In this document: positions 1-11,900 of the stretch, in pieces
How the letters are laid out: every line of letters starts with the position of its first letter
Position numbering within the stretch: the first letter of the stretch is position 1
NCBI GenBank assembly: GCA_051294905.1
Contig: CM119372.1
Coordinates: forward strand, 24,120,001 to 24,184,000
Direction of reading: 5' to 3'
Origin: Botryllus schlosseri
Lineage: Eukaryota
Length of the DNA stretch: 64,000 nucleotides
Position numbers and translations under genes: made by a program
The notes under the pieces: generated by a model
What the model was told of the DNA's origin: nothing
The model's input: only the letters and a program-made list of their open reading frames with translations
The model's database searches: none

Positions 1-482
1 CATCACAAGTCAGTTTCAATACAATTCATTGCTCAAAAAGTAAATACAGACATAATGGAGTCATGCGGTGTTGCGATGGCGAACCGCAGGCAAAATCAGG
101 GTCAGGAACTGTGTATGTGTATCCGCCTTTAGCAGTAGCCCGTATCAAGTGTGTTTAGGCAGCGGTTCACCCAGCGGCTCGCCTATATGGATTTTTGGGA
201 CGGAGTTTGAAAATGAGGAGGTTGTTACAGATTACGCGGTCATGTTTATAGCATTATTCCAGTACACTGAGTGAATTTAACAAACCAAGGCACTTTGCCT
301 TTGGCGTCGTCAATTGTAATCAATAAAACTGTGACCACGTTGCGTTGCAGTTACCGGGTGCATAATGGCCAGGATTGCACAAACTCGTACTGAACTGTCC
401 ATGTTGTGCGTCTCTTAATCAGCATGACAAAATATGATTGCACCTGAGAAAGAATCAAGTTATACAGACTCGAGTCGAGTCA

Positions 483-802
483 CTATAACCCTGGTTCAAT
501 CTTGATTGTTCGACTGTCTTTCTTATTGGCGCATTCCCCGCTCTTCTCATTTGCTTCTTCGCATTCATCCTTCATCGGGCTTTTATTTGTGAAGACACCG
601 TAAGAACAGCGACGAAGGGGAGGAAAAGTCCAGATATATCTCTGACTCCCTGCCTTGCATTTGCTCTTCAGCGCGTCTTTCTTTGGGCTATCTTTTGTTA
701 AGACGATGTCAGAACCGTCATATGAAGAAGTAAAAGTCCAGGTAGACGGCCGACGCAAATAACTGACTCCGACCTGACACCCGAAGCTTTTCATCTCTAC
801 AT
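483..802 (-). CDS. THAP gene last coding exon
   Basis: ctttcaag| acceptor, phase matches the upstream exon; ends EPGL-stop. Confidence 0.65.
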
Positions 803-3286
803 CTTGAAAGGTACAGATATTACAATATAATCAGCGATCATCGATAATATCCTCTTACTTTCGCTTCTGATGTAACGTGAAGGCTTCCCAACTTGAACAG
901 CTTTATCATCGAATGATTTTGGGTCCGAAAACTGTTGTTCCTCTGACGTTAGGAATTGTTCTTCACTTTGTATTTCACGGTTTGGTCTTCCCTCATAACT
1001 GGTTTTCGAAGATACATCCTAAACCGATATAGTGCTAGTAATTATACAATCGGAGGTGATCGGCAACCAATGCCTTTGCTTTGCTACGGTGCCAGAAGTA
1101 ATGTCCCAATATTAGCTGTCCAGGGGAGCGGCAGCTCAAAAAGCTGGAGAAACACTGATTTAGAACATGTAGAGAGTGAGCCAAGCAATGCAGTTCTGCA
1201 TACACTTCGATTGAAGAGATCATCTCAATTTTTCATGTATTTTCACCAGTGATATGTCAAAAGTATATGAGAGTAGGCCTGAAGAACCAGATGTCACAAT
1301 CAGAGTTGGATCAATATTAATTTGTAATTGAGCATTTTTTCATGTAATTCTAATTGAAGCATTTCTATTTTGTGTAATTGCAATTGTAATTTGATAAAAA
1401 TTTTGCTCAATTACAATTTCAATTGCACTGTTATAGAAACCTGACCATCACAAGATAAAATTATCAATCAATCATTTATTCGTCACACACTCACACAAGT
1501 AAAAATCCGGTACGGACCAGGATGACGACGAAGGGCCGCAACCCGCAAGGCCTTAGTACACAGTCGCCACCTGTAATAGTTAGCCTATTTACATCGGGTT
1601 CTACGCGTGCCGCGTTATAACTAGATAATTCAGCCATGCTAAACTGTTTCCCATACTTCAGTAGCAACAGAAAACTTTGTGAATTACAATATAGGCTAAA
1701 CCAGTGGTTCTCAAACTGGGGGACGAGCCCCCCTCGGACGGCATGAAAGCATCGGAAGGGGAGCGCGAAGCTCCGGTAAACTGAAATTTTTTTCGCGCTT
1801 GGCGTGATTCACCTCGATTTCATAGTTATTGCTCTGTGTATAGTCCGAATTTCATATTGGAGAATTCTCTCATCTACAGTCATAACCTTCCATACCATCA
1901 AACTATCTGCAAGGGTTGCTGTGGTTCCATTGTGTGATATGACGATAAGGGGGCACGAAATATTTCACTGTCATAAAGAGGGGCGTGTCTAAAAAAGTTA
2001 AAGAACCAGTGGGCTAAACTAAATCTTAATATTTCAAAAATGAATGAACAGCAAATAAACTCTTCTGAAACCTGTGCTGAACCAGAGTTTTTTTTTTTTA
2101 ATCTCTGACCAGTACCGAGGCTTGCTGCAATAATTGCAAAAAGAAATTCAAGTTTCCAACCAAGGCTTTATCAAACTTGATCACGGATTTGTAGACATGT
2201 TATCCCTATCTTACTTCCAATCTTGGCCGAATTTATTGGGGCCAGAAACTTTTCGCACCCTATTGTTCATCAAATGCAATCTAACAGTTTCCGAGCAAGT
2301 GAAAATGTAAATGCGAACCAAAATGCTGTAATTCGTAGTTATCAGAAGGTTCTTTCCTTTTGCATTTATTTCAATTTTACACACCTTATCGGTATCATCC
2401 TTATCGCTGACGCCTTACCAATTACATTTCATTATCCTCACTCAGCTCTGAGTAACCCAATCGTTTGATTGCATTTCATCAACTGTCCTGTAGCCTATTC
2501 GCTGTTAGTCGCTCAAACTTTTGGTTGTTAACAGTCGCTTCAAACATTTTTCTGTGTTTGTAGTTTTCAGTACTCATGATTAGGAATAGTTCGAATACGG
2601 TCGAGTTTTTTTTTTAATTAAAGGGTATTCTACCTTCTACGTATCATGAATGAAACATGAATAGCTTGAGATTGTTGCTAAATACGTCGCTACGGTCGTC
2701 AAAGAACACCTCTCTACCGAGTCAATTGCATGTTTAACAGTAATTGTAATTAATTACATGTTTACAAGTAATTGTAATTTGATATTTTTAGCATTGAGTA
2801 ATCGTAATTGTAATGTAATTGAAACATGCAAGGAAGTAATTGTAATTGAACTGAATTATTGTAATTGATCCAACTCTGGTCACAATAAAACTTCACTTAC
2901 CCGATTTCGAACACTTTGCAGCTTTAGAAGAGCACTTTCCTCCGTTAACCTTCTTTTTAAAATATCACTGGTGTCTAAAAATATAGTGGGGACGGCGGTT
3001 GGCCTGAGAGATAGTTGCGTCCGATAGCCAACTTGCTTGTGTATCTCGGAGATTGGATTGAAGCAAGATGGTAGGAAATGATCTGAGCATAAATGAAAGT
3101 ATTCTTTGGGTGGCTGGAAGTCCGCACGTTTGGCCTTCACGGCGTTTAGCCAGGCCAAATACCTTCTCCGATCGGAATTTGGGTTTGGTGATCGATGGAA
3201 AGACAGCTTTTGTTGCGAAGGTCGCGTATTGGAGCAACCATAAGCGGCACATGATCTTCTCCCACGCCTTGTTTTCTCAACCGCTT
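483..3286 (-). CDS. THAP domain-containing protein (spliced; exons 3286..2901, 1018..859, 802..483; first exon uncertain, candidate ATG at 4297)
   Basis: C2CH THAP signature CAAYGC...W...LCSDHF...AVPTIF. GT-AG introns 2900..1019 (phase 0) and 858..803 (phase 1) join in frame to a TAG at 483. The tail has DKAVQV/SFGCQV motifs resembling dynein light chain LC8-binding sites. Confidence 0.75.
859..1018 (-). CDS. THAP gene internal exon
   Basis: tttag|GAT...GAA A|gtaag; open frame DVSSKTSYEG...RYIRSE. Confidence 0.7.
1301..2878. mobile_element. non-autonomous hAT-type element in THAP intron
   Basis: TIR cagagttggatcaat / attgatccaactctg; 8 bp TSD gtcacaat (1293-1300, 2879-2886); subterminal gtaatt repeats. 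Confidence 0.9.
1702..2011. mobile_element. hAT (Charlie-like) MITE nested in the 1301-2878 element
   Basis: Ends cagtggttct...agaaccagtg; 8 bp TSD ggctaaac on both sides; related copy at 4561-4865. Confidence 0.85.
2901..3286 (-). CDS. THAP domain exon
   Basis: Acceptor attatag|, donor |gtaagt at 2900; encodes the THAP zinc-binding domain. Confidence 0.85.
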
Positions 3287-3342
3287 CTATAATATCACAA
3301 TTCGGCAATTGAATAAGACTTAAGACTCACAACACCAATAAC

Positions 3343-4261
3343 TAGGTCATATTTTTTATATTTTTTCTATTCATCAGTAAGTCGTGAAATCAATTTTAAC
3401 GCAAAAACCTCATCCATACGAGGTATATTAAGAAGTCATACTTTTGAGTTATAAAGTCATATCATTGTATACGTTAAATAAAAAGTACCAATTTAAGCGG
3501 TGAAGCAATTGGTCACTACGAAAGTAAGGCAATTTCTGATTGAACGAAGGCAAACCGTAGGATCAGCCTGAAGTAGACAATTTGATTGCAAAAGTGATAG
3601 CCAAGCATCTTCAGAAGCAGAGCTGCCGATTTCGATTCATGTGGCATGCCACAGCCCATAGTTACTCGTTGGGGTAGCTGGTTTAATGCTGCTCAATATT
3701 ATGCCAAGAGAATTCCACAAGTAAAAGAAATAGTCAATGCATGGGAAGGTGAAGGAGTTGTTATAAAGAGCGTCGAAAATTCAGTCAACAATCCAAAGTC
3801 AACTAGTTAGTTAACAGAAATATGCCTCCAGCACAACTTAAAATGGAAAGTTGAAAGTACACCATCAAAGTGGAAAAGATCCGCTCGAGCTCAAAAATTA
3901 CATTAAGATACGATTGCACAAAAACAATGTGAAACAAATTTTGGAGCTACAAAGACAAGACATTTCCCCAGAGCTTTATGCTGAACTGCAGAAGTGTCAA
4001 CCCACATCAGCGTATGTGAAGCGCTCATTTTCCTTACTGAAGTCATTTTACGTCCAAATCGTAACTTCAAAGACTTAACATCCACACTACACGAAACTGT
4101 ACTACAACAGTGGTTTAAAATAAAAATAGATGTATATTACTGCTATAAAATGCATGTCTTACTCTTTAGTTCCGTGAGTCACGTTGTTCGCATGTAAAAA
4201 TACACGATTTTCACATAAAGTCATATTATTGATTTTTAAAGGTCGTACAAAAATGGCCCGA
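3343..4261 (+). mobile_element. internally deleted hAT transposon with transposase C-terminal remnant
   Basis: 8 bp TSD ccaataac (3335-3342, 4262-4269); remnant CQPTSAYVKRSFSLLK resembles the hAT dimerisation-domain TSxxVERSFS motif; related copy at 13507-14007. Confidence 0.8.
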
Positions 4262-4375
4262 CCAATAACCGAATTCGCATTTCTCCGTCGTTGCCATTGC
4301 ACATGACGTCATATCTCGCCTGGTTGACTTCGAGGCAGATCTCTGACCACAACAATTTACAACAAAAATTGCGAT

Positions 4376-4545
4376 CGAAACGACTTGGACTAGTCTTTAA
4401 AAATCAGACACCCACCATGGCCTGGGCGATGAAAGAGGAGGGATGCACACCGAATGAAGAGTAAGAGTAAAAGTCTAAGATGATATAAAATAAGCAAGCG
4501 ACAAAAATCAGGTGGCTTGTCACGGAAGGCAAGATTGGTAATCTT
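4376..4545 (-). mobile_element. LINE 3'UTR fragment
   Basis: Similar by eye to the 3'UTR of the LINE at 19494-19635 and to 16870-17070; interrupted by the MITE at 4561. Confidence 0.55.
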
Positions 4546-4560
4546 AAGGACGGACTAGAT

Positions 4561-4865
4561 CAGTGGTTCTCGAACTGGGGGGGCGTGAGAGCATATGAAG
4601 GGGATTGGGGGGGGGGGGTGTTTGGCGCGAAGCTGTGGTTAACTGCGATTTACCTCCATATCCTGGTTATTACTCCGTATATAGCCCTACTTTCATATTC
4701 GAGAATCATCACATCAACTGCCAGTACCTTCCATGCCATCAAATTATCCGTTGGGATTGCCAAGCATTCTGGTTGCATTTTGTGATATGACGATAAGGGG
4801 GGTGGGGTGCGAAATTTTTCAGTATCATAAAGGGGGCATGTCTGAAAAAGTTTCGAGAACCACTG
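4561..4865. mobile_element. hAT (Charlie-like) MITE
   Basis: TIR cagtggttctcgaa / tcgagaaccactg; body similar to 1702-2011; TSD not preserved. Confidence 0.75.
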
Positions 4866-5922
4866 GAGTCGTGAAAAGCAAATATAACGCATTGCGAAGA
4901 AAACAGTCGGAACGTCGTCAAATCTATATCGGTACGATATAAGATACTTTCTGGTATCGATATTAACCTGGGAAATATATTTTGCTGTATTTTACCTGTG
5001 CGTCAGTTCATTTTCTCTTCATGGTGCCCAATTTCAGCCATGAAAGTATCTCATTTGCTAATATATTATATCAGCATCGTTTTAACAGGACCATTCCAAT
5101 TTCTCATTTCCAGCAAATCAGTGTCAAATTAATTTTTCATTAATTAGCAATTTCATTATGTCAACTCCATCACAGCCCAGTATCAAAATGTAAACCTGTG
5201 AAAAAAGCATCACTTTCCCTTCAGGCGTGCCTGGAACACGATATTTGGTCATATCGTACTGTCGAAATTGGCCACCGTAAGTAGGCCTACTATAAATTCA
5301 AAAATGGTTGAAATTTCAAGTTGAGATTGCACAGCCATCACTGGTCGGAATTGATATGTAGCGTTTTTTTAGGCAACCTGACAGTTTTATCACCGAGTGA
5401 GTGAAATTTGGAAAAAACCCTAGGCCGGCCTAGGGCCTATGCGGGTGTTTGATTTCAAAGACTAGTCCAAGTCGTTTCGACACCTTCCTATCTTTTCATT
5501 GTATCACAATTTTTGTAGTGTATTGAACTAATAAAAGTTGCTAATAAACCAAACCGAACTGTTCCGTCCTTTCGATTTATAATTTATATCACTGAGAGAC
5601 TATCAAGTAAACTACAATTTAGTAGTTTATAGATATTCCTACCCACATATTATCTGCACGAGATTTAGCGTATTGGTGGCATCCGATCACCATATACCTG
5701 AAAAAATGCCCAGAAAAGACCAGGGGGTCATTATAAGCTCATTCCTGATCGTGTTCGTAAACGCGTTCGTGTTCGGGACTTTGCTCAACCAAACAGAATA
5801 TTTATCCTCGGGATACGTATTACATGTTGCAAAACTTAACATTTCGATTCGTACATTAATGAGCTGGGAAGGACTCCTTGCTTGACTACCCATCTAAATG
5901 TGTGAACGGCGAATTCTGGGAA

Positions 5923-8900
5923 TTAATATTGAAGAGCATTAAAATTTGTTGGCATGTAAATGAAATTTGGAGCTATCAAAAGCATCGAATCGCACAATGC
6001 GCTCAATACTTTACTCACGAGTAATAGATGACATCAACTGCATCATCATTTCTCGGTCTGCCTGGCCTTCCCGATGTATAGCATTCAGCACTTCACGCCT
6101 CAGCTTCCGATCTTCGTCCATAAGGCTCAACAGTCTATCTTCGATACTTCCGGATCCTAATAAGTAGTAAGAACATCACACCTGTACGAACTTGACATTC
6201 AGTTAGTTGATGGTCAACTAACTAACGTTGTTTTTTGAGTCGTTATAGTTCTAGTTGCTGATTTTGAAAATTGAGCAGTTGTAGTTCTAGTTGTGGAATT
6301 TTTCCGATAAAATAAAAATTAATGTTGACAAGGAAAACAAAATCCAGTTCTGTACGGTTCTTAACCTTGAATGACTTGGGAAGCCCTACGTCACAGATGG
6401 GCAACTATTTTCTGAGAATGACAGGCAGGAAATACGTTGGTGAGCTAAGTCAAAAGTTTGCACTATATTCGGCGGTGGGCGGTGTATTAATTTCTAATAG
6501 GGATGGTGCGAATGTGAGGTTCACGTTCACGCTGTGTGTGAACCTCAGAAATTTAGAGGTTTACGTTCACAAACAAACCTTTTTCATGTATTACATTTTC
6601 ACTTCATTATAACATCTTTGGTTGAATCAACTGCAGGCTACTCTATGCATGGTGCTGGCAGCATAAAAAATAATCAACATTAAACGAGCATGCACCTTGA
6701 AAATCTCAAGAAGTTTACTTGCTTTGTTACAAAAGTTTGCTCGAAATATCCAGCTTTCCGTTTGTGAATTTAGTGACTCTCTGCGGCGAGCTTCACACAA
6801 CACCAATAGCGAAATACACCACATGTAGGTAGTCAGCGAAGGATAGCCTAGTTATTCAACCAATAAATGAGATTGATATCGTTGTCTGATGTAAAAAATC
6901 TGGCAGCAGAAGGGGTCAATCTTGACTTCATACGTTAATTGTATTATAAAAACCAAATCCGTGCTTCAAAACATCTTTAATGTACAAAGGGCGCCACTCT
7001 CAAACGTTGTACTGCAGCATACAGTGCCTTTTCTATTTCAGCACGCAGTGCGCTGCAGGTTACAATACCTAGTTCAAAACATTTTGTGGAAAATAACCCC
7101 TGCTATCATTATAAGTATCAGTTTTACATGAATTAAAATAAACCACTGCATTCATGGAAACATGGTTGGGGGATATTTCGCGATGAGTGTAGCGAAAAAC
7201 GTGATGTGACAGATTTTGTCGAATGTTAATTTACAATGAGAACTCGGGAAATATAGAGCTGTTGTTCTACTATATAATCATATGTACTTACTACACCATC
7301 TACTGCGAAGCCATTTTTCTTCAGCGCCTCCATTTTGCCACCTTCAAAATCCAAATCGCCCCCTGGGGGCGCTGGAGACAAGGTCAAGAACCACTGCACT
7401 ACGCTAATCTACAAGCCTTCTGGGAACCCCAAATTTCCAGTGAGTCACAAAACAAAAGTCTGCCACATGTGTGCATACCATTTGTGTTGTAATCTGTAGG
7501 ACTACCAGTAAAGCTACTCAAACAACCCTCTTAGTTAGTTAGTTTTTTTTTGAGTAGTTCTAGTTCTAGTTGCTGATTTTGAAAATTGAGTAGTGGTAGT
7601 TCTAGTTAAGGATTTTGAAAATTGGGTGGTTCTAGTTGCGGCTTTTGAAAATCGGGTAGTTCAAATAGTAGTTGCACTTTTTGAAAATCCAGTAGTTTGT
7701 ACAATACTGTAAAACATGCCTTTCTTTTTGCCTACATAAATAAAGAAGTTGAGCATACGTTTTCTCTTATGTTTAGACATTCTTTGTCTAGATCTTCCTC
7801 TGCTGTCAAACGTCGTGGAAGATCCTGGAATCAAAACAGTAATTGCTGCAACCGCCTTGCGTTAAGTTGCATGCTTAGAAGAATAAGATAGAATTAAGAC
7901 ACTTTCCTAGAGTCTATCCTCATAACTAGAGGACTAAACTATATGACAACTCGGCACTACATCTCGGTACTCAAGTCATACTTCTGATTTCAAAATGTAT
8001 CTTCAAATTTTATCAACTCCTACCACGATCACGTAGGCCTACATTTTACGGTTCCCAGTGAACTCGGCACTTGGTGAATTCGGCCGGACAAACTCGGCAC
8101 TTGGTGAACTCGGCACTTGGTGAATTCGGCCATTGGTGAATTCGGCCGTCGGAAAATTTTGTAATAAAGTGTAATAACAACTATGAATATGAATTTAAAG
8201 TGTATTAACAGCTATTAATATGAATTATTAAACTTATAATAGTATTATCAAGTGATTCGTCAATCTTGTAAGGAGGTCAGGGCATGCGTAGATCACGCAG
8301 TCACGGCGTGATTGGATCACGTGATTACGGATTACGCAAGCGCGGGAGATAACGCGATGTTCACATATCGACCACGCGTGGTCGGCTCAATGTTGATTCG
8401 ACTTGGCGACAATGGCGAGGGACGGACGTACGACTTTTGAGAAGATGGATCTCTGTGTTTTATGTAATAACGAAGTTTTAAAGGATCACCAATAAATGTT
8501 TCCCACGAACACAAACAAAGATTTATAAACGTCAAAATAAATTGTTGTTTTTTTGCGCCTTTGGAGAGACGGATACTAGGGTTGGGGTGGGGGTAATAGG
8601 GTTGGGGAAAGGGGGAGATTAGGGTTGGAAAGGCGGTGTTAGTTTTGGGGAAAGAGGGATATTAGGGTTGGGGGAAAGGTGGATATTAGGGTTTGGGAAA
8701 GGGAGATTGTAGGTGGGTTAGGGTATCCCAAGATTAGGGAAGGGGGGATATTAGGTTGGGGGAAAGGGGAATTGGAGGTGGGTTAGGGTATCCCGAGATT
8801 AGGGTTGGGAAATGCGGGGTGTTAGGGTTGGGAGTTTGGGGGAGATTAGGGTTGGGGTTAGGGGGATATTAGGGTTAAAGAAAGGGGGATTGGAGGTGGG

Positions 8901-11900
8901 TTAGGGTCAAAGTTGGGGTAGGGTATGTTAAGATTAGGGTTGGGGAAAGGGGTATATTAGGGTTGTGGGAGAGGGATATTACGGTTGGGGAAAAGGGGGA
9001 TTGGAGGTGGGTTGGGGTATCTCAAGATTAGTGCCGAGTTCACCGGCAAACATTCCAGTAACCAATCATGGTGACCGGTACGCGATCTACCACGGCACGT
9101 GATTCTTCTTTATCTGAGATACATATTTAATGCATTTTATTACAAAATTTCCCGAGGGCTGAGTTCGCCAATGGCCGAATTCACCAAGTGCCGAGTTCAC
9201 CAAGTGCCGAGTTTGTCTGGCCGAATTCACCAAGTGCCGAGTTCACTGGTACCGTAATCCATTTTACAGCCGTGCAAAGATGCTGATTATAACATGAATG
9301 CTATAGGAATCCGATCAAAACTGACCGACCTACCTTCATGGTCACTAACAATGATGCTGTCGACAGCGTCTTCACTTTGGGTTTGGCCAGCAACACCTGC
9401 TAAGCAGATTGAACTGAGATTATCACATGATTCAGGAATCGTCATTGATACCGAACAATATACCTGTGCCTTCTGGACCTTCAGCTTCAGTAACTAGTGC
9501 CTGTAATGGGTTACTCGTGAGCCAACGTGCAAGTTAATACATAAATTAAATTCAAAATACCGCAGTCCTGGGTCTTGTTCCAAGCAGCTCATCCAGCTGC
9601 GAGAAGGGTGGCCAATGACACACGTTTGCCGCCATTCCTGACGTCATGAGCGGCTTTTTTATTCTATAATACGCCCTTTTCAGATATTTCCATTGGTTCT
9701 TGACTTGTTCCCTGCATTCGAAATAAAGCTGCTAATTTTCCAACCATAACTCGTAGGAGATGTGTACTTCACCATGTGAATGTATGGCCTTCCTCAGCCA
9801 ACCTATTAGTCAGATCTTCGAAAATCCATCGATTTTTTTGCCGACAGGCATCTAATTGGAGGAGGGTTGGTGCGATGACATGCAAAATAAGGTCAAATAC
9901 ATGCAAAATAAGGTCAGTCGCGACATGCAAAATAAGGTCAGTCACATGCAAAATAAGGTCAGTCGCGACATGCAAAATAAGGTCAGTCCGCGCATTAATC
10001 CAAATCTATACTTCAACTCCAAATCCAAATCTTTTTCTTATGAAAACGAAATTCAAAATGTATTTCCTGTATAGTAGCCTACTTTCAACAGTGAAATTCC
10101 TTATCTATATCCTAAGTCTTAAGATGTTTCAATCAAAAGATAATCATGATTATCTTGATTACGAAGTCAGTCGCATGTAGAATATTATTATTAGTCGGCG
10201 CGTAAATCCAAATCCATATTTTAATTAAAAATCCAAGTCTTTCTCTTATGAAAAATAAATTTAAAATATCTTTCCTATATAGTAATTTCATGATTGAGAT
10301 TCCTCATCTATATCCTAAAGGTGAAGATGTTTAAAACAAAACATAATCAGACGATTATTTCGATTACGGGGTGATTAGTCGCATCTAGAATATTAACAGT
10401 CCGTGTATAAATCCAAATATTTACTTCAAATCCGACTTTTTTCTTGTGCCACTGACCTTATAGTCCGCAATCTGCATGTGGCGACTGACCGTATTTCGCA
10501 TGCATCTGACCTTATTTTGCATGCGAATGACCTTATTTTACATGCGACTGACCTTATTTTGCATGTGGCTGACCTTATTCTGCATGACGCGACTGACCTT
10601 ATTTTGCATGTCGCGACTGACCTTATTTTGCATGTGACTGACCTTATTTTGCATGTGACTGACCTTATTTTGCATGTGACTGACCTTATTTTGCATGTGA
10701 CTGACCTTATTTTGCATGTCGCGACTGACCTTATTTTGCATGCGACTGACCTTATTTTGCATGTGACTGACCTTATTTTGCATGTGACTGACCTTATTTT
10801 GCATGTCGCGACTGACCTTATTTTGCATGCGACTGACCTTATTTTGCATGCGACTGACCTTATTTTGCATGTGACTGACCTTATTCTGCATGTCGCGACT
10901 GACCTTATTTTGCATGTGACTGACCTTATTTTGCATGTCGCGACTGACCTTATTTTGCATGTGACTGACCTTATTTTGCATGTCGCGACTGACCTTATTT
11001 TGCATGTGACTGACCTTATTTTGCATGTGACTGACCTTATTTTGCATGTCGCGACTGACCTTATTTTGCATGTGACTGACCTTATTTTGCATGTCGCGAC
11101 TGACCTTATTTTGCATGCGACTGACCTTATTTTGCATGTGACTGACCTTATTTTGCATGTCGCGACTGACCTTATTTTGCATGTGACTGACCTTATTTTG
11201 CATGTGACTGACCTTATTTTGCATGTCGCGACTGACCTTATTTTGCATGCGACTGACCTTATTTTGCATGCGACTGACCTTATTTTGCATGAGACTGACC
11301 TTATTCTGCATGTCGCGACTGACCTTATTTTGCATGTGACTGACCTTATTCTGCGTGTAGCGACTTATTGCGACCTTATTTTACATATCACGAAGACCTA
11401 TAAATTCAGGGACTGGTATATTATTATCATTATTATAACTCACAACACAACAGTGATGTTTATAGCCTGATTAGGGCTTTGTGCTCCACGACATCACATT
11501 TTATCACACAGTTTAATGCATTTCTTCATGAGCTGTCTCTGTATCTTCAAGGCTTTCATCGGTTCGTTATTTTCGACTCATAGCTTATAGCTCGATCCAC
11601 TGTCATATCTGGGCCTTTTAAGTCACCGCAATTGCAGTGAGGTCGGTGATGAGGAGCCCATAGGCTATAGCCTATCTTTATGCGTGAATTGCGTTGAACG
11701 AGTAGCATATGCGTATATCTTCCAGTGTTGGGATCAAGTCACTACCTTCGAGTCCCGAGTCATTTCGAGTCATGGCACATTTTGACTCGAGTCAAGTCAA
11801 GTCAATCGATTTTCGAAGATGACTCGAGTCAAGTCAAGTCACTCGTTTTTTGGAGGTGACTGGAGTCAAGTCGAGTGAAGTCAAGTCAAGTCATACGAAA

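Noticed and set aside
5687..5893. ORF with TCNTYPEDKYSVWL resembling collagen IV NC1
   Set aside because: A short chance resemblance in the probable Myb 3'UTR; no further collagen features.
8576..9030. true telomere or chromosome fusion site
   Set aside because: Highly degenerate, single orientation, enclosed by transposon TIRs.
10403..11470. 355 aa TDLILHV-repeat ORF and antisense MQNKVS-repeat ORFs (also 15021-15692)
   Set aside because: A by-product of 21/24 bp tandem units lacking stops; open on both strands and mirrored in the transposon arms.
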